From Candidatus Dormiibacterota bacterium (GTDB lineage Bacteria > Chloroflexota > Dormibacteria > Aeolococcales > Aeolococcaceae): a stretch of DNA of 64,000 nt. Every line of letters begins with the position of its first letter. Position 1 is the stretch's first letter. The notes under the pieces were generated by a model. That model was not told the origin of the DNA. It made no database searches and saw only the letters and a list, made by a program, of their open reading frames with translations. Made by a program: the position numbers and the translations under genes. Of the stretch, positions 1 through 12,024 are shown in pieces. The stretch spans positions 32,001 to 96,000 of the forward strand of contig CAVPXI010000004.1 in the NCBI GenBank assembly GCA_963709585.1. The letters run 5' to 3'.

Positions 1-712
1 GTTGGGTGATCCAATCGACGAGCCGGCCGCGCGAGGCCGCGCGTCCCGGTTGACGGGGCAGACGGTCGTAGAGCTTCAGCGCATGGTCGAGCCACAGGAA
101 CACGCCGGAGCCGGAGACGCGCTGCATCCGGGGTTCGCTTCCAGGGACGATCACCTCGTCGACGCTGACCCCGAGGTCGCGGACGGGGCGCCGCGAGATG
201 ACGATGAGCAGCGGCGCGATCGTGCCTCGCGCCCAGCATGCGAAGTCGTACAGGTTGAGTGGCGCCCACGAGGGGAGACGCACCAGCTCGGGTGGCATGC
301 TCGGCACGCCATCCCACGGAAAGACGCCGAAGAGCGCGAGCCAGATCTTGGTGAAGACGCGCGCTTCGGCCAGCCCGCCCTGGTCGAGAATCATGCGCAG
401 CGCCTTGCGCAGCGGCGCTTGGGTCGCGTCGATCCCGAGGACCCGAAGCGCGACATACGCCTCGATGGTCGTGCTCAGATCGCCAGGGCCGTCGTGGTAC
501 AGCGCCCATGTGCCGTCATCGCGCTGCGCTCCGAGAATATGACGGGCCGCCCCCTCGCGGATGTCGTCGTGCGATGCGCCGAGGAATCGGAGCAGGAGCA
601 CGTGCTCGGCGGTCATGGTGACGTTGGTTTCGAGCTCGCCGCTCCACCACCCGGATGCATCCTGGTGCGCGACCAGCCAGTCGACCGCGGAGCCCAGCGC
701 CTCAGACGGCAC
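1..712 (-). CDS. shc: Squalene-hopene cyclase, N-terminal part (runs off window start)
   Basis: Manual minus-strand translation gives VDWLVAHQDASGWWSGELETNVTMTAEHVLLLRFLG and FLWLDHALKLY, typical of the SHC N-terminus. GTG at 712 follows GGAGG. Downstream of hpnCDE. Confidence 0.92.
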   Translation of the reverse strand, partial: MPSEALGSAVDWLVAHQDASGWWSGELETNVTMTAEHVLLLRFLGASHDDIREGAARHILGAQRDDGTWALYHDGPGDLSTTIEAYVALRVLGIDATQAPLRKALRMILDQGGLAEARVFTKIWLALFGVFPWDGVPSMPPELVRLPSWAPLNLYDFACWARGTIAPLLIVISRRPVRDLGVSVDEVIVPGSEPRMQRVSGSGVFLWLDHALKLYDRLPRQPGRAASRGRLVDWITQ

Positions 713-2040
713 GGGCCACCTCCCGCGCCGGCCCGGCGGCTTGCGCGCTCTGCGCAGACGGCCATGCGGCGGCGTTGCTGTACAGCGTCAGCGCCGCGGT
801 CCGTCCGCTGCGCACCGCCGACTTGATCGTCGCCGGCCAGCCGGTGTCGGTCCACGCACCCGCGATCACGAGGTTGGAGAGCACGGTCGTGGGGCCGGGG
901 CGGCGCACGCCCGGCGCGGGAATGAAGGTGGCGTCGGGGTCGCGCGTCGCGGCCCCACGCAGCAATCGGGCGCGCGCCGCCTGCGGCAGCACCGCGGCCA
1001 GCTCCGTGCGACCGAGCTCGACGAGCTCCCGCTCCGGGCGCTGGACGAGGTCATCGGCCGCGCTCAGGCTGCAGCACACGTATCCAGGCGACTTCTCGAA
1101 CACCCACTGCACCGGCGAGTTCGAGGAGCGCCGCGAAGTCGCACCCCAGGACCGGCCGGTCGTACCAGAGGTGCACATCGACGATGGGCATGGCTTGAAA
1201 GGCGTCCAGCCCGGCGACACCCAACGCCGGTGCGTCGTCGAGCATCGCGTTGAGGCGCTTCGGCGGCACCGCGATGACGCATGCGTCGCACGCGGCCCCG
1301 GCCCCGCCGCTCAGCTTCACGCCGGTGATGCGGTCGCCCTCACGATGCACGCCGACGACGGCCTGGCGGAGGTGAACCCCGTCGAGACGTGCGGCTGCGG
1401 CCTCCGCAAGTCGCGCGAGCGGGACCTTGAGATACGCGATGCGCGCCGCATCGCGATCGCCGAGAAACGCGGTCCGGATGACGAACAGTCCCATCGCCGC
1501 AGACACGCGGTCGAGGGGCGCGTTCAGCGCCGGAACCAGAAACGGCTCCCAGAATGCGCGCAGCGCGCGGCGGCTCTGATGATGCCGGCGCAACCAGGCG
1601 GCCATGTCTCCCTTCGGCGAGACGTCGGTGCGTGCCGCGACCAGCGCGCGTCCCACCCGGACGCGATCGAGCGTGCTCAGGTGCGGATACCGAGCGAAGC
1701 CTGCCATCAGGTGGAGCGGCGCGGGAAGCGCGGAAGCGCGCAGGTGTGCGGGTCGACGCTTGCGCGAGAGCACCGTGACCTCGAATCGCGGCTGGATGTA
1801 GAGCGAATCGGTGAGCCCGAGCTCCTCGACCAGGTCGAGAGTCGCAGTGCAGCAGGCGAGGACCACGTGCTGGCCGCAGTCGACCTCGTGGCCCTCGACC
1901 TCGAACGAGGTTGCCTTACCACCCAGCAGCCGGGAACGCTCGTACAGGTCTACATGCCAGCCGCGCTTGGCGAGCTCGAGCCCGGCGGTGAGGCCCGCGA
2001 GCCCGGCTCCGACGACGGCGACGCGTGGCTGCCGGCTCAT
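702..2040 (-). CDS. hpnE: Hydroxysqualene dehydroxylase HpnE (FAD-dependent); one frameshift near 1120
   Basis: RVAVVGAGLAGLTAG Rossmann motif and GGKATSF..VDCGQHV in ORF 1051..2181. The C-terminus (SPVQWVFEK...LVIAGAWTDTGWPATIKSAVRSG) is in ORF 702..1220. Confidence 0.88.
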
Positions 2041-2900
2041 ACCGCAGCCAGCCAGGAACGAGCCATCACACCCAGCTTCGCCGCCTTCGAGAGCCGCGCG
2101 CGTCCGCGAAGCGGCAGCTCGGGCGCGGCCTCGATCCGATCCAGGATCCCGAGGTAGATCCCGGCCATGGTGCGCACGCACACCGCGGGTTGCTTGGGAA
2201 TGGACTCGGTCACGCGAATGCCGGATCGGTGCAGCTCACGCGCGCGAGCGATCTGCATCGCCATGAAGGCGTGCCAGCCCGGGGCGACGCGGCCGTCGAG
2301 GATGTGTCCCTCGGTGATGCCGAACTCGGCGAGCTCGTCCAGGGGCAGATAGATGCGTCCGCGGGTCGCGTCCTCCTGCACGTCGCGCAGGATGTTGATC
2401 AGCTGCAGAGCCACACCCAGCTCATCGGCGCGTTCCAGCGCGATCGGGTCGCGGAATCCGAAGATGCGCACGCACATCCGCCCGACCACCGACGCGACCA
2501 GGTTGGCATACGCGCGCAGCTCGTCCCACGTCTGGTATCGAGTTTTGGTCAGATCCATCGCCACGCCGTCGATGAGCATGTCGAGCTCGGCGATCGGAAT
2601 CGCGTGACGTCGCATTGCGATCGCGAGCAGGCCCATAACCGGGTCGGTACTGTCGCCGGGGCGCGTTTCGCGGAGGCGGCGTCGATGGTGCTCGAGGCGT
2701 TGGTCGCGCGACGCGCGACCGTCGAGGTCGGCATCGTCATCGACCTGCCGCGCGAAGTCGTAGAGCGCGTAGATCGAGGTGCGCTGCTGACGCGGAAGGG
2801 CGATGAATCCCCAGTAGAAGTTGGCCGCCTCGCGGCGCGCCATGTCCTCGCAGTAGCGCTCCAGTGCGCGAACGTCGGGCAGCGCGGGCGTGTCAAGCAC
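2037..2900 (-). CDS. hpnD: Presqualene diphosphate synthase HpnD (phytoene/squalene synthase family)
   Basis: AANFYWGF, YDFARQVDDDAD and LQLINILRDVQEDA motifs. Lies between hpnC and hpnE. Confidence 0.9.
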   Translation of the reverse strand: MLDTPALPDVRALERYCEDMARREAANFYWGFIALPRQQRTSIYALYDFARQVDDDADLDGRASRDQRLEHHRRRLRETRPGDSTDPVMGLLAIAMRRHAIPIAELDMLIDGVAMDLTKTRYQTWDELRAYANLVASVVGRMCVRIFGFRDPIALERADELGVALQLINILRDVQEDATRGRIYLPLDELAEFGITEGHILDGRVAPGWHAFMAMQIARARELHRSGIRVTESIPKQPAVCVRTMAGIYLGILDRIEAAPELPLRGRARLSKAAKLGVMARSWLAAV

Positions 2901-3774
2901 GCCGGTGTTCCGCCGGCCGCGCCGGCACCGGCACGGCGTGCGCCTCGCCGCCACGCCCGCCCGCTGACAGCGCTGCCGCGATGATTCGCATCCGCGCCGA
3001 TCGATCCACGCTCGGGCGGTGTGCGGCGGTGCGATACCCGGCTGCGGCGATGGCGTCGAGGATCGCCTCACCACCGAGGCGATAGAGCGCCAGTTGCAGG
3101 CGCAGCCGCGGCGGCGCTTGCGCCTCCAAGGCGACGCCCGATGCAAGCAGCGTGCGCGCCCGCTCGCACATCGAGCGTGTCGCGCCTTCGATGCCATGCT
3201 CGCGAATGTCGCTCTGCAGCAGGTAGGTGCGGCCGAGCCGCTTGTCGACCGAGACATCCTGCGCGAAGTTGGCGAGTTGCAGCCCGATGCAGACGTCGTC
3301 ACTCAGCGTCACCGCGGCCGGGTCGCGAATGTCGAACAGGCGGAGCACGATGCGCCCGACCGGCGCAGCCGAATGTGCGCAGTAGCCGCGCAGCGCGGGC
3401 CAATCGTCATACGTGTCGACGCGCTGGTCCTGAATATTGGCGTCGATCAGGTCGACGAAGGGTTGTGCGTCCAACTGGAAACGGCGAACCGTGTCGGTGA
3501 GCGCGACCAGGACAGGATGGGTGCGCTCGTCGTGGTCGAAGCTCTCGCGGGTCTCGTCGCGCCAGCGTCGCAGGCGTCGCATCGCGATCGCACGATCACC
3601 GCTCTCGTCGCCGAGATCATCGGTGAACCTGCAGAACGCGTACACCCTGGTCAGGTCGCGGCGCAGCGACCGCGGCGAGAGCCGTGAGGCGACCGTGAAG
3701 TTCTCGTAGTGCTTGACCAGCTGCCGGCAGTACGCGTCGGCAGCGTCGAGCGACATGGTGGTTTGCGCCGTCAC
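2893..3774 (-). CDS. hpnC: Hydroxysqualene synthase HpnC
   Basis: HYENFTVAS, YAFCRFTDDLGDE and LQLANFAQDV motifs. Confidence 0.92.
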   Translation of the reverse strand: MTAQTTMSLDAADAYCRQLVKHYENFTVASRLSPRSLRRDLTRVYAFCRFTDDLGDESGDRAIAMRRLRRWRDETRESFDHDERTHPVLVALTDTVRRFQLDAQPFVDLIDANIQDQRVDTYDDWPALRGYCAHSAAPVGRIVLRLFDIRDPAAVTLSDDVCIGLQLANFAQDVSVDKRLGRTYLLQSDIREHGIEGATRSMCERARTLLASGVALEAQAPPRLRLQLALYRLGGEAILDAIAAAGYRTAAHRPSVDRSARMRIIAAALSAGGRGGEAHAVPVPARPAEHRRA

Positions 3775-4844
3775 GGCGCCTGCCCGTCGCGGCGAACCAG
3801 GCGGGCGTCGGTTCGCAAGTCGACGACTCTCGCTGCGCCGACACAGAACATGGCCAGGCGCAGCTCCTCAAGGATCACGATGACGGTCTCGTCGAGCGCC
3901 TCGTCACCCGCTGCGGCGGCGCGCACCAACGGGCCCGCCATCCCGACCGAATCGGCGCCGAGCGTCAGCGCCTTGGCGATGTCGATGCCATTGCGCACTC
4001 CGCCGCTCGCGATCAGCACACCACTCGGAGCCGCGCTGCGCGCGCGGATCAAGGCGTCGGTCGTCGGGATGCCCCAGCCGGCGAAGGACGCCGCAACGCG
4101 CGCCCGGACCGGGTCGCTCATCCGATGGCGCTCGACCTCGCTCCACGACGTGCCACCCGCGCCGGCGACGTCGACCGCGGCCACGCCGGCTTCGAAGAGT
4201 TGCGTCACCAGGTCGTCGGCGATGCCCCAGCCGACCTCCTTGACGATCACCGGCGCGCCCAGCCCCGCGCACACCGCCGCGATCCGCCGGAGCAACCCGG
4301 CGAACCCGGTGTTCCCCGAGGTCTGCAGCGCCTCCTGGAGCGGGTTGAGATGCAGCACCAGCGCATCGGCGCGAAGCACCCGCAGGAGCTGACGGCATTC
4401 GTCGATCCCGACACCGAGGTTGAGTTGCACCGCGCCGAGGTTGGCGAGCAGGGGAACGTCAGGGGCGAGCCCGCGCACGTCGAACGTCGGCAGGACCTCC
4501 GGTCGTTCGAGGAGGACGCGGCAGGAGCCGAGACCCATCGCCAGACCATGGGATTGCGCGACACGAGCGAGCCGCTCGTTGATCACCCGCGTGTGTTCGG
4601 TTCCGCCGGTCATGCACGAGACCAGCAGCGGTGCGCCGACGTGGCGGCCGAGAAGATGGGTGCGCAACTCCACGTCGTCGAGGTCGACCTCCGGAAGGGC
4701 GCGATGCACGAAACGCCAGTCGTCGAAACCGGTTTCGACGCCTTTGGCGGCGACGTCCTCCTCGACGTTGACGCGCAGATGCTCGTCCTTGCGCGAGGCG
4801 GTGCGCGTGCCGGCGCTCGAGTCAGCGGTTGCGTTCAGCAACAT
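3771..4844 (-). CDS. fni: Type 2 isopentenyl-diphosphate delta-isomerase (FMN-dependent)
   Basis: RKDEHL, MTGG, HLNPLQEA, VKEVGWG, DVAGAGGTSW and ASGGVRNG motifs. Confidence 0.95.
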   Translation of the reverse strand: MLLNATADSSAGTRTASRKDEHLRVNVEEDVAAKGVETGFDDWRFVHRALPEVDLDDVELRTHLLGRHVGAPLLVSCMTGGTEHTRVINERLARVAQSHGLAMGLGSCRVLLERPEVLPTFDVRGLAPDVPLLANLGAVQLNLGVGIDECRQLLRVLRADALVLHLNPLQEALQTSGNTGFAGLLRRIAAVCAGLGAPVIVKEVGWGIADDLVTQLFEAGVAAVDVAGAGGTSWSEVERHRMSDPVRARVAASFAGWGIPTTDALIRARSAAPSGVLIASGGVRNGIDIAKALTLGADSVGMAGPLVRAAAAGDEALDETVIVILEELRLAMFCVGAARVVDLRTDARLVRRDGQAP

Positions 4845-5868
4845 GGATCGCCAGGTCCGCAAAGTCGGTGAGCGCCTGGTCGGGGAGGCCGGTGAGCGCG
4901 GCGATGGCGTCGCGCGCCAGCACCATCGGAACGCCGGCGGTCAGGGCCGGACCACCCAGCTCATCGAGCAGGGCGCGCAGACGGAACTCGCCGCCCGGTT
5001 CCCTTTCGCGAAAGAGGCGTCGCAGCTCGCGACGGCGCACGGGCGTGGCCACCTCGTACGCGGCGACCACCGGGTAGGTGAGCTTGCGCCGGCGCAGGTC
5101 GCCGCTCCGGCCCTTGCCGGTGAGCTGCGGGTCACCCCACGTGCCCAGCCAGTCGTCGCGCACCTGGAAGGCGAGCCCGAGCAGCCTGCCTGCGGCGTCG
5201 AACCGCTGAGCAATCGCGCGCGGTGCTCCCGCGAGCACGGCTCCCGCGGCCATCGCGGCGCCGAGGAGCGCTCCCGTCTTCATTGTGACCAGCCGGAGGT
5301 AGGTCGCCTGGGCGGCGCCGGCGCGACCCTCGAGGGAGAGGTCGAGGCACTGGCCCTCGACGACCTGCACCACCGCGGCACTCAGCAGGTGGGCGGCGCG
5401 CATCCTGCGCCCAGGCCGCGGTCCCGGCGCCAGCATCCCGCTCAGGGCGTTGGCGAACATGCCGTCGCCCGCGTTGATGCCCTGCTCGGTGCCCCAGATC
5501 GCCCACACCGTGGGGCGATGGCGGCGCAGCTGGTCGCCGTCCTGGATGTCGTCGTGGATCAGCGTGAAGTTGTGGATCAGCTCGACGGCGACGGCCGCCG
5601 GCAGCGCCCAGTTCGGGTCGCCCCCGAGCGACTCGCACGCCCAGAGCGCAAGCGCGGGCCGGATCCGCTTTCCGGCCGGCTCGTTCGCGGGGCGCCCCTG
5701 CTCATCGGTCCAGCCGAGATGGTAGGCCGACATCTGGCGGAGCAGCCCCCTGGTGCGAGGAGCCGTCCTTCGCAAGCCAGAGTCGAGTAGGTCCGTATGC
5801 CGATCGAGTAGCGCCGGACGCCCCTCGCTCGGCGCCGACGCATCGATGTCGAGAACGCGTTCCGCCAT
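4822..5868 (-). CDS. Polyprenyl (farnesyl/geranylgeranyl) diphosphate synthase
   Basis: GKRIRP, HNFTLIHDDIQDGDQLRR and FQVRDD motifs. ATG 5868 follows GGAGG. Confidence 0.92.
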   Translation of the reverse strand: MAERVLDIDASAPSEGRPALLDRHTDLLDSGLRRTAPRTRGLLRQMSAYHLGWTDEQGRPANEPAGKRIRPALALWACESLGGDPNWALPAAVAVELIHNFTLIHDDIQDGDQLRRHRPTVWAIWGTEQGINAGDGMFANALSGMLAPGPRPGRRMRAAHLLSAAVVQVVEGQCLDLSLEGRAGAAQATYLRLVTMKTGALLGAAMAAGAVLAGAPRAIAQRFDAAGRLLGLAFQVRDDWLGTWGDPQLTGKGRSGDLRRRKLTYPVVAAYEVATPVRRRELRRLFREREPGGEFRLRALLDELGGPALTAGVPMVLARDAIAALTGLPDQALTDFADLAIHVAERNR

Positions 5869-5965
5869 GGGCCTCCCCCTGCCAGGAAAGCTTTCTACGT
5901 CGTAACTATCGCGGAATGGTAACCAACCACCTTCCGCGACGGCAAGCCGGTCAATCGCCGCGGGA

Positions 5966-7009
5966 TCAGCCGTCCTCGGCGGAGGGGAGGACGACCTGGA
6001 ACTCGGTCCCATGGCGAGGCTCGGAGGTCACCGAAACGGTCCCGCCGTGGGCTTCGACCACGTGGCGGACGATGGCGAGGCCGAGCCCCGACCCCTCGCC
6101 GTCGCGCTGCCGCGAGCTGTCCGCCTTCCAGAAGCGCTCGTAAATCCGCGGCAGGTCCGCAGGGGTGATCCCCACGCCGCTGTCGCGACAGCTCAGCACG
6201 ACGTGGCCCGCGTGTCCCGAAGTCGCGCTGATCGCGATTCGCCCGCCCGAGGGTGTGAACTTGATCGCGTTGTGAGCGAGGTTGCGGAGCACCTGGCCGA
6301 GGTGCGAGGCGTCGCCGATCAAGTCCGGGGTCCCCGGAGCGACGCTGATGTCGAACGCGACGCCCTTGCTCTCAGCGAGGGGACGGAGACGGTCCAGGCT
6401 GCCCATCAGCGTGGCGATCGGGACGCGCTCACTGGCCATCGGGCGCAGCCCCGACTCGATCGTGCTCAGCTCGAGCAACTCCTCGACCATCTGGGCCATG
6501 TGCGACGCCTCCTGGCCGATCCGCCGGACGAAGCCGGCGGCCGCGTCCGAGTCCTCGAGGCCACCGTTCGCGAGCGTCTCGGCGATGAGCTGGACCGCGG
6601 TGATCGGGGTGCGCAGCTCGTGCGAGACGTTACTGACAAAGTCGCGCCGAACTCGCTCGAGATGGTGCACGCGCGTCTCGTCTCGCACCACCAGCACGCT
6701 CGCCACCTCACCGTTGAGCGCGATCGCCCGAGCGTTGAAGTCTCGGTCGTGGAGGGTGATCGCGCGCTCCTCGACATGCCCGCTCTGTCGCGCGGCGTCG
6801 AGCAGGCGGATGAGTCGGTAGTCGACCTCGCCGGCGACAAAGTCCGAGCCCTCCACGAGCGCAAGCCCGAGGAGCCGGCGAGCGGGCTCGTTGGCGAGCA
6901 GCACCCGGCCCTTTGCATCGAGGCCGACGATGCCGGGATCGAGCAGCAGCCCCACAGCTCGGAGCACGTCGATGCTTCCTGAGCCGGAGAGAAGTTCGAC
7001 GCCGCTCAA
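5966..7009 (-). CDS. Soluble PhoR/SenX3-like sensor histidine kinase (PAS-HisKA-HATPase)
   Basis: RRDFVSNVSHELRTP H-box, NLAHNAIKF, DSGVGI and GSGLGLAIV. TTG 7009 has GGAGG and an upstream TATACT; alternative start is ATG 7054. No obvious TM helix. Confidence 0.9.
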   Translation of the reverse strand: MSGVELLSGSGSIDVLRAVGLLLDPGIVGLDAKGRVLLANEPARRLLGLALVEGSDFVAGEVDYRLIRLLDAARQSGHVEERAITLHDRDFNARAIALNGEVASVLVVRDETRVHHLERVRRDFVSNVSHELRTPITAVQLIAETLANGGLEDSDAAAGFVRRIGQEASHMAQMVEELLELSTIESGLRPMASERVPIATLMGSLDRLRPLAESKGVAFDISVAPGTPDLIGDASHLGQVLRNLAHNAIKFTPSGGRIAISATSGHAGHVVLSCRDSGVGITPADLPRIYERFWKADSSRQRDGEGSGLGLAIVRHVVEAHGGTVSVTSEPRHGTEFQVVLPSAEDG

Positions 7010-7025
7010 CGCCTCCACCCTGGCG

Positions 7026-7079
7026 AGTATAAGCGCGTCGCCGAAAGCGCTCATCGAGGCGAAGAGCTAAGCTCATTTC
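7026..7079. promoter_or_regulatory. Compact divergent promoter region for kinase and response regulator
   Basis: Minus-strand -10 TATACT (7026-7031). Plus-strand -10 TAAGCT (7068-7073) lies 6 nt before ATG 7080, suggesting a leaderless mRNA. Near-palindrome GAGCTAAGCTC at 7064-7074. Confidence 0.5.
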
Positions 7080-7805
7080 ATGGCGCCCACCGTCGCCAAA
7101 CGTATCCTGGTGGTCGAGGACGAGGACGCCATCCGCGAGACGCTGCGCTACAACCTCGCGCGTGAGGGCTACCACGTCCTCGAGGCTGCGACCGGTCCGG
7201 ACGCGCTCAACGTTGCTCGGACGGGGCGCCCCGACCTGATCCTCCTCGACGTGATGCTTCCGGGATTGAGTGGCCTCGAGGTGTGCCGGGTGCTGCGCCA
7301 GGAGTCGTCGACGCCGATCCTCATGCTCACCGCCAAGGGAACCGAGGTCGACAAGGTCGTCGGTCTGCAACTGGGCGCCGATGACTACGTGACCAAGCCC
7401 TTCTCGTTCAACGAGTTGCTCGCGCGGGTCACCGCGCTGCTGCGCCGCTCGGACATGAGCGCGCGGCCGGTCGGCGCACCGGAGATCGAGGAGTTCGACG
7501 GCTTCAGGATCGACCGTGCCGCCCGCACGATTCACGTCGATAGCGTGGAGCTGCGGCTCGCCCCGAAGGAGTTCGACCTGCTTTCGTTGCTCCTGCGCAA
7601 CACCGGGCGGGTGCTCTCGCGTCAAGCGATCATCGCGGCGGTGTGGGGCAACCGCTTCTATGGCGATCCCAAGACCGTGGATGTGCACATCCGCTGGCTC
7701 CGCGAGAAGTTCGAGCCCTTCGCGCAGATGCCGTTCCGGATCACCACCGTCTTCGGAGTCGGATACCGGCTCGACCGAATCGGCGCAAGCGAGCCCTCCC
7801 CGTAA
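7080..7805 (+). CDS. OmpR/PhoB-family response regulator (PhoB/PhoP/RegX3-like)
   Basis: ILVVEDE, LLDVMLP and GADDYVTKPF receiver motifs; winged-helix TVDVHIRWLREK...GVGYR. Near the pst operon. Confidence 0.93.
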   Translation: MAPTVAKRILVVEDEDAIRETLRYNLAREGYHVLEAATGPDALNVARTGRPDLILLDVMLPGLSGLEVCRVLRQESSTPILMLTAKGTEVDKVVGLQLGADDYVTKPFSFNELLARVTALLRRSDMSARPVGAPEIEEFDGFRIDRAARTIHVDSVELRLAPKEFDLLSLLLRNTGRVLSRQAIIAAVWGNRFYGDPKTVDVHIRWLREKFEPFAQMPFRITTVFGVGYRLDRIGASEPSP

Positions 7806-7834
7806 ACTCGAACCCAGCATCGGAAAGGAGGCGC

Positions 7835-8949
7835 GTGGACGCAGCGGTCATCGGCGGGGGTGTCATCGGTCTTTCGGTCGCCTGGCGGGCTGCTCGGGCC
7901 GGGCTCAGCGTGGCCGTCGTCGATCCCGATCCGGGATCCGGCTCCTCGCATTTCGCCGCCGGGATGATCGCCCCGGTGGGGGAGGCCGAGTACGGCGAGG
8001 AGGCGGTGGTCGCGCTCAACCGCAACTCGGCGGCGCGGTATCCATCGTTCATCGCCGAGCTCGAGCTGGACGCGGGTCGATCGGCCGGCTACCGCGAGAC
8101 CGGGACGCTGCACGTGGCCATCGACATCGACGAGCAGACCGCGCTTGAGCGTGACTTCCGCTACCGTCAGGATCTCGGACTTCCTGTGGAGCGGCTGACG
8201 TCGCGCCAGACCCGTGACGTGGAACCGGGCCTCGCGCCGTCGATTCGCGGCGGCATGCTCGTGGAGTCCGACCACCAGGTGGACCCACGCGCCATGGTGG
8301 CCACGCTGCTCCAGGCATGCAATCGCCTCGGGGTGCAGATCCATCGGTCCAGGGCGTCACTGCTGATCGAGGCGGGACGAGTGGCCGGCCTCGGTCTCGA
8401 CGGCGGCGAACGGCTCGAGGCGTCGCGGGTGGTCCTCGCAGCCGGCTGCTGGTCTGGCGCGGTTCCCGGCGTGCCCGACGAAGACCTCCCGCCTGTACGG
8501 CCGGTGAAAGGCCAGATCCTCCGCCTGCGCGGGGCGCCGGACATGATCGTACGAACCATCCGTGGCGGCGCCGTCTACATCCTCCCCCGAGGGGACGGGC
8601 GCGTCGTGATCGGCGGCACCGTCGAGGAGCGCGGCTTCGACACGTCGGTGACCGCCGGCGCCGTGTACGAACTGCTCCGTGAAGCGCGAGCGCTGGTACC
8701 GGATGTCGCCGAGCTCGAGCTGGTCGAGGCGTCGGCTGGGCTGCGGCCGGGCTCGCCGGACAACATGCCGATGGTCGGTGACACCACGACCCCCGGGCTC
8801 ATGGTGGCGACCGGCCACTATCGGAACGGGTATCTGCTCGCGCCGGCGACGGCTGACGCGGTTGCCGGCGTGCTCGCCGGGGGTCGGTGGCCGGAAGCCG
8901 CCCGTCCTTGGTCGCCGTCACGATTCCGCCGCACCGCGGAGGTCGGGGC

Positions 8950-8953
<4 letters not shown>
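7835..8953 (+). CDS. thiO: Glycine oxidase ThiO
   Basis: VIGGGVIGLS, AAGMIAP, RPVKGQ and ATGHYRNGYLLAP motifs. GTG follows AGGAGG. Upstream of thiS and thiG. Confidence 0.93.
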
Positions 8954-10632
<1,679 letters not shown>

Positions 10633-10640
10633 CCATCACC

Positions 10641-10700
10641 GGCAAAGGCCAGGCAAACCGTTAAGCGCCCGTTAACCATCTGGCTGTGTCGCCCTTAACC
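10641..10700 (+). promoter_or_regulatory. Putative PHO-box-like 11-bp direct repeats upstream of pstS
   Basis: GTTAA at 10660 and 10671 (11-bp period), CTTAACC at 10694, and GGCAAA at 10641 and 10652. Resembles actinobacterial GTTCA PHO boxes. Confidence 0.6.
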
Positions 10701-10770
10701 AGGCGATGGGCAGGATAAGGCCGTGCAGTCGCCAGGACGGCGGATGAGAAACGGGGTAATGAGGGCCGAC

Positions 10771-11991
10771 ATGACAGTCGAGACGAGACCATCGTTGACG
10801 CGCGGGCACGCCGTCTGGCGTAAAGCGGCGACCGTTCGGGGTGCGCTCACCCTCCTCGTGGGAGGCTCAGTCCTCGCCGCCTGTGGGTCGTCAAGCACTG
10901 GAGCCACGACACTCGCTCCAACTGCAACCCCCACGCCGGTGTGCACCGGGACCACAGCGAACCCCGGCTACAGCAACGGTCTTGCCACCGTTGCCGGCCA
11001 GGCGACGACACTGAGTGGTGCGGGCTCGACGTTCGTCGCACCGATGATGTCCGTCTGGACGAAGGCATACGCCACCTCCAACAGCGTCCAGGTCGCGTAT
11101 TCGTCGGTTGGCTCAGGCGCCGGCATCGCGCAGCTTCAGGCGAATACTGTCGACTTCGGCGACTCGGATGCCTTCATGAAGGACTCCGACATCGCCAAGG
11201 CCAAGGGTGGGCCGGTCGTGCAGATCCCACTGGTGCAGGCGCCGGTCGTGGTTGCATACAACCTCCCCGGCATCGCCAGCGGTCTCAAGTTCGACGGCAA
11301 CACCTTGGGCAAGATCTTCTCGGGCGGCATCACCGTTTGGAATGACCCTGCGATCAAGGCCCTGAACCCGGGGATCACGCTTCCGAGCACGCCCATCGCA
11401 ATCGCCCACCGCTCAGACGGATCGGGGACGACGAACATCTTCACCGACTTCCTCACGCAGACGAGCCCGGCCTGGGTGACCGCTCTCGGCGGATCGACGA
11501 CCAGCGTTGGCAAGACCGTGGCGTGGCCGGTCGGGATCGGCGGCAAGGGTAACGACGGCGTGTCCGCGATCATCAGCCAGACCCCGGGTGGCTTCGGATA
11601 TGTCGAGCTCGACTACGCCATCGCGCAGCACCAGACCTATGGAGACGTCGAGAACAAGGCAGGCAAGTTCGTCGAGCCGTGCGAGCAGACCGCCGCCAAT
11701 GCCACGGTCGGCATCACCAGTTACCCAGCCGACCTGCGCGTCGACATCGTCAACGAGTCGTCGAATCCCGAGGCGTATCCGATCACCGGTTTGACCTGGG
11801 CGCTCGTGTACCAGAACCAGACCAAGGCAGCCGTCGCGGCCGGGCTCGTCAACTTCCTCTCGTGGGTCCTGACCAAGGGTCAGGATCTGACGGGCTCCGT
11901 CAACTACACTCCGCTCGGACCGACGCTGCAGGCCCTGTGCATCGCCCAACTCAAGAAGATCACGGTCAACGGTACCCCGGTCTCGCCGTGA
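10771..11991 (+). CDS. pstS: Phosphate ABC transporter substrate-binding lipoprotein
   Basis: Lipobox LAAC; GAGSTF, GSGAG, DFGDSD and HRSDGSGTT motifs. Confidence 0.95.
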   Translation: MTVETRPSLTRGHAVWRKAATVRGALTLLVGGSVLAACGSSSTGATTLAPTATPTPVCTGTTANPGYSNGLATVAGQATTLSGAGSTFVAPMMSVWTKAYATSNSVQVAYSSVGSGAGIAQLQANTVDFGDSDAFMKDSDIAKAKGGPVVQIPLVQAPVVVAYNLPGIASGLKFDGNTLGKIFSGGITVWNDPAIKALNPGITLPSTPIAIAHRSDGSGTTNIFTDFLTQTSPAWVTALGGSTTSVGKTVAWPVGIGGKGNDGVSAIISQTPGGFGYVELDYAIAQHQTYGDVENKAGKFVEPCEQTAANATVGITSYPADLRVDIVNESSNPEAYPITGLTWALVYQNQTKAAVAAGLVNFLSWVLTKGQDLTGSVNYTPLGPTLQALCIAQLKKITVNGTPVSP

Positions 11992-12024
11992 GCCACCGAC
12001 CGCATTGACCGTGGTGGGCTTCTG

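Noticed and set aside
7806-7834. TPP riboswitch upstream of the thi genes
   Set aside because: Only 29 bp of intergenic space and no TGAGA/CCTGA core.
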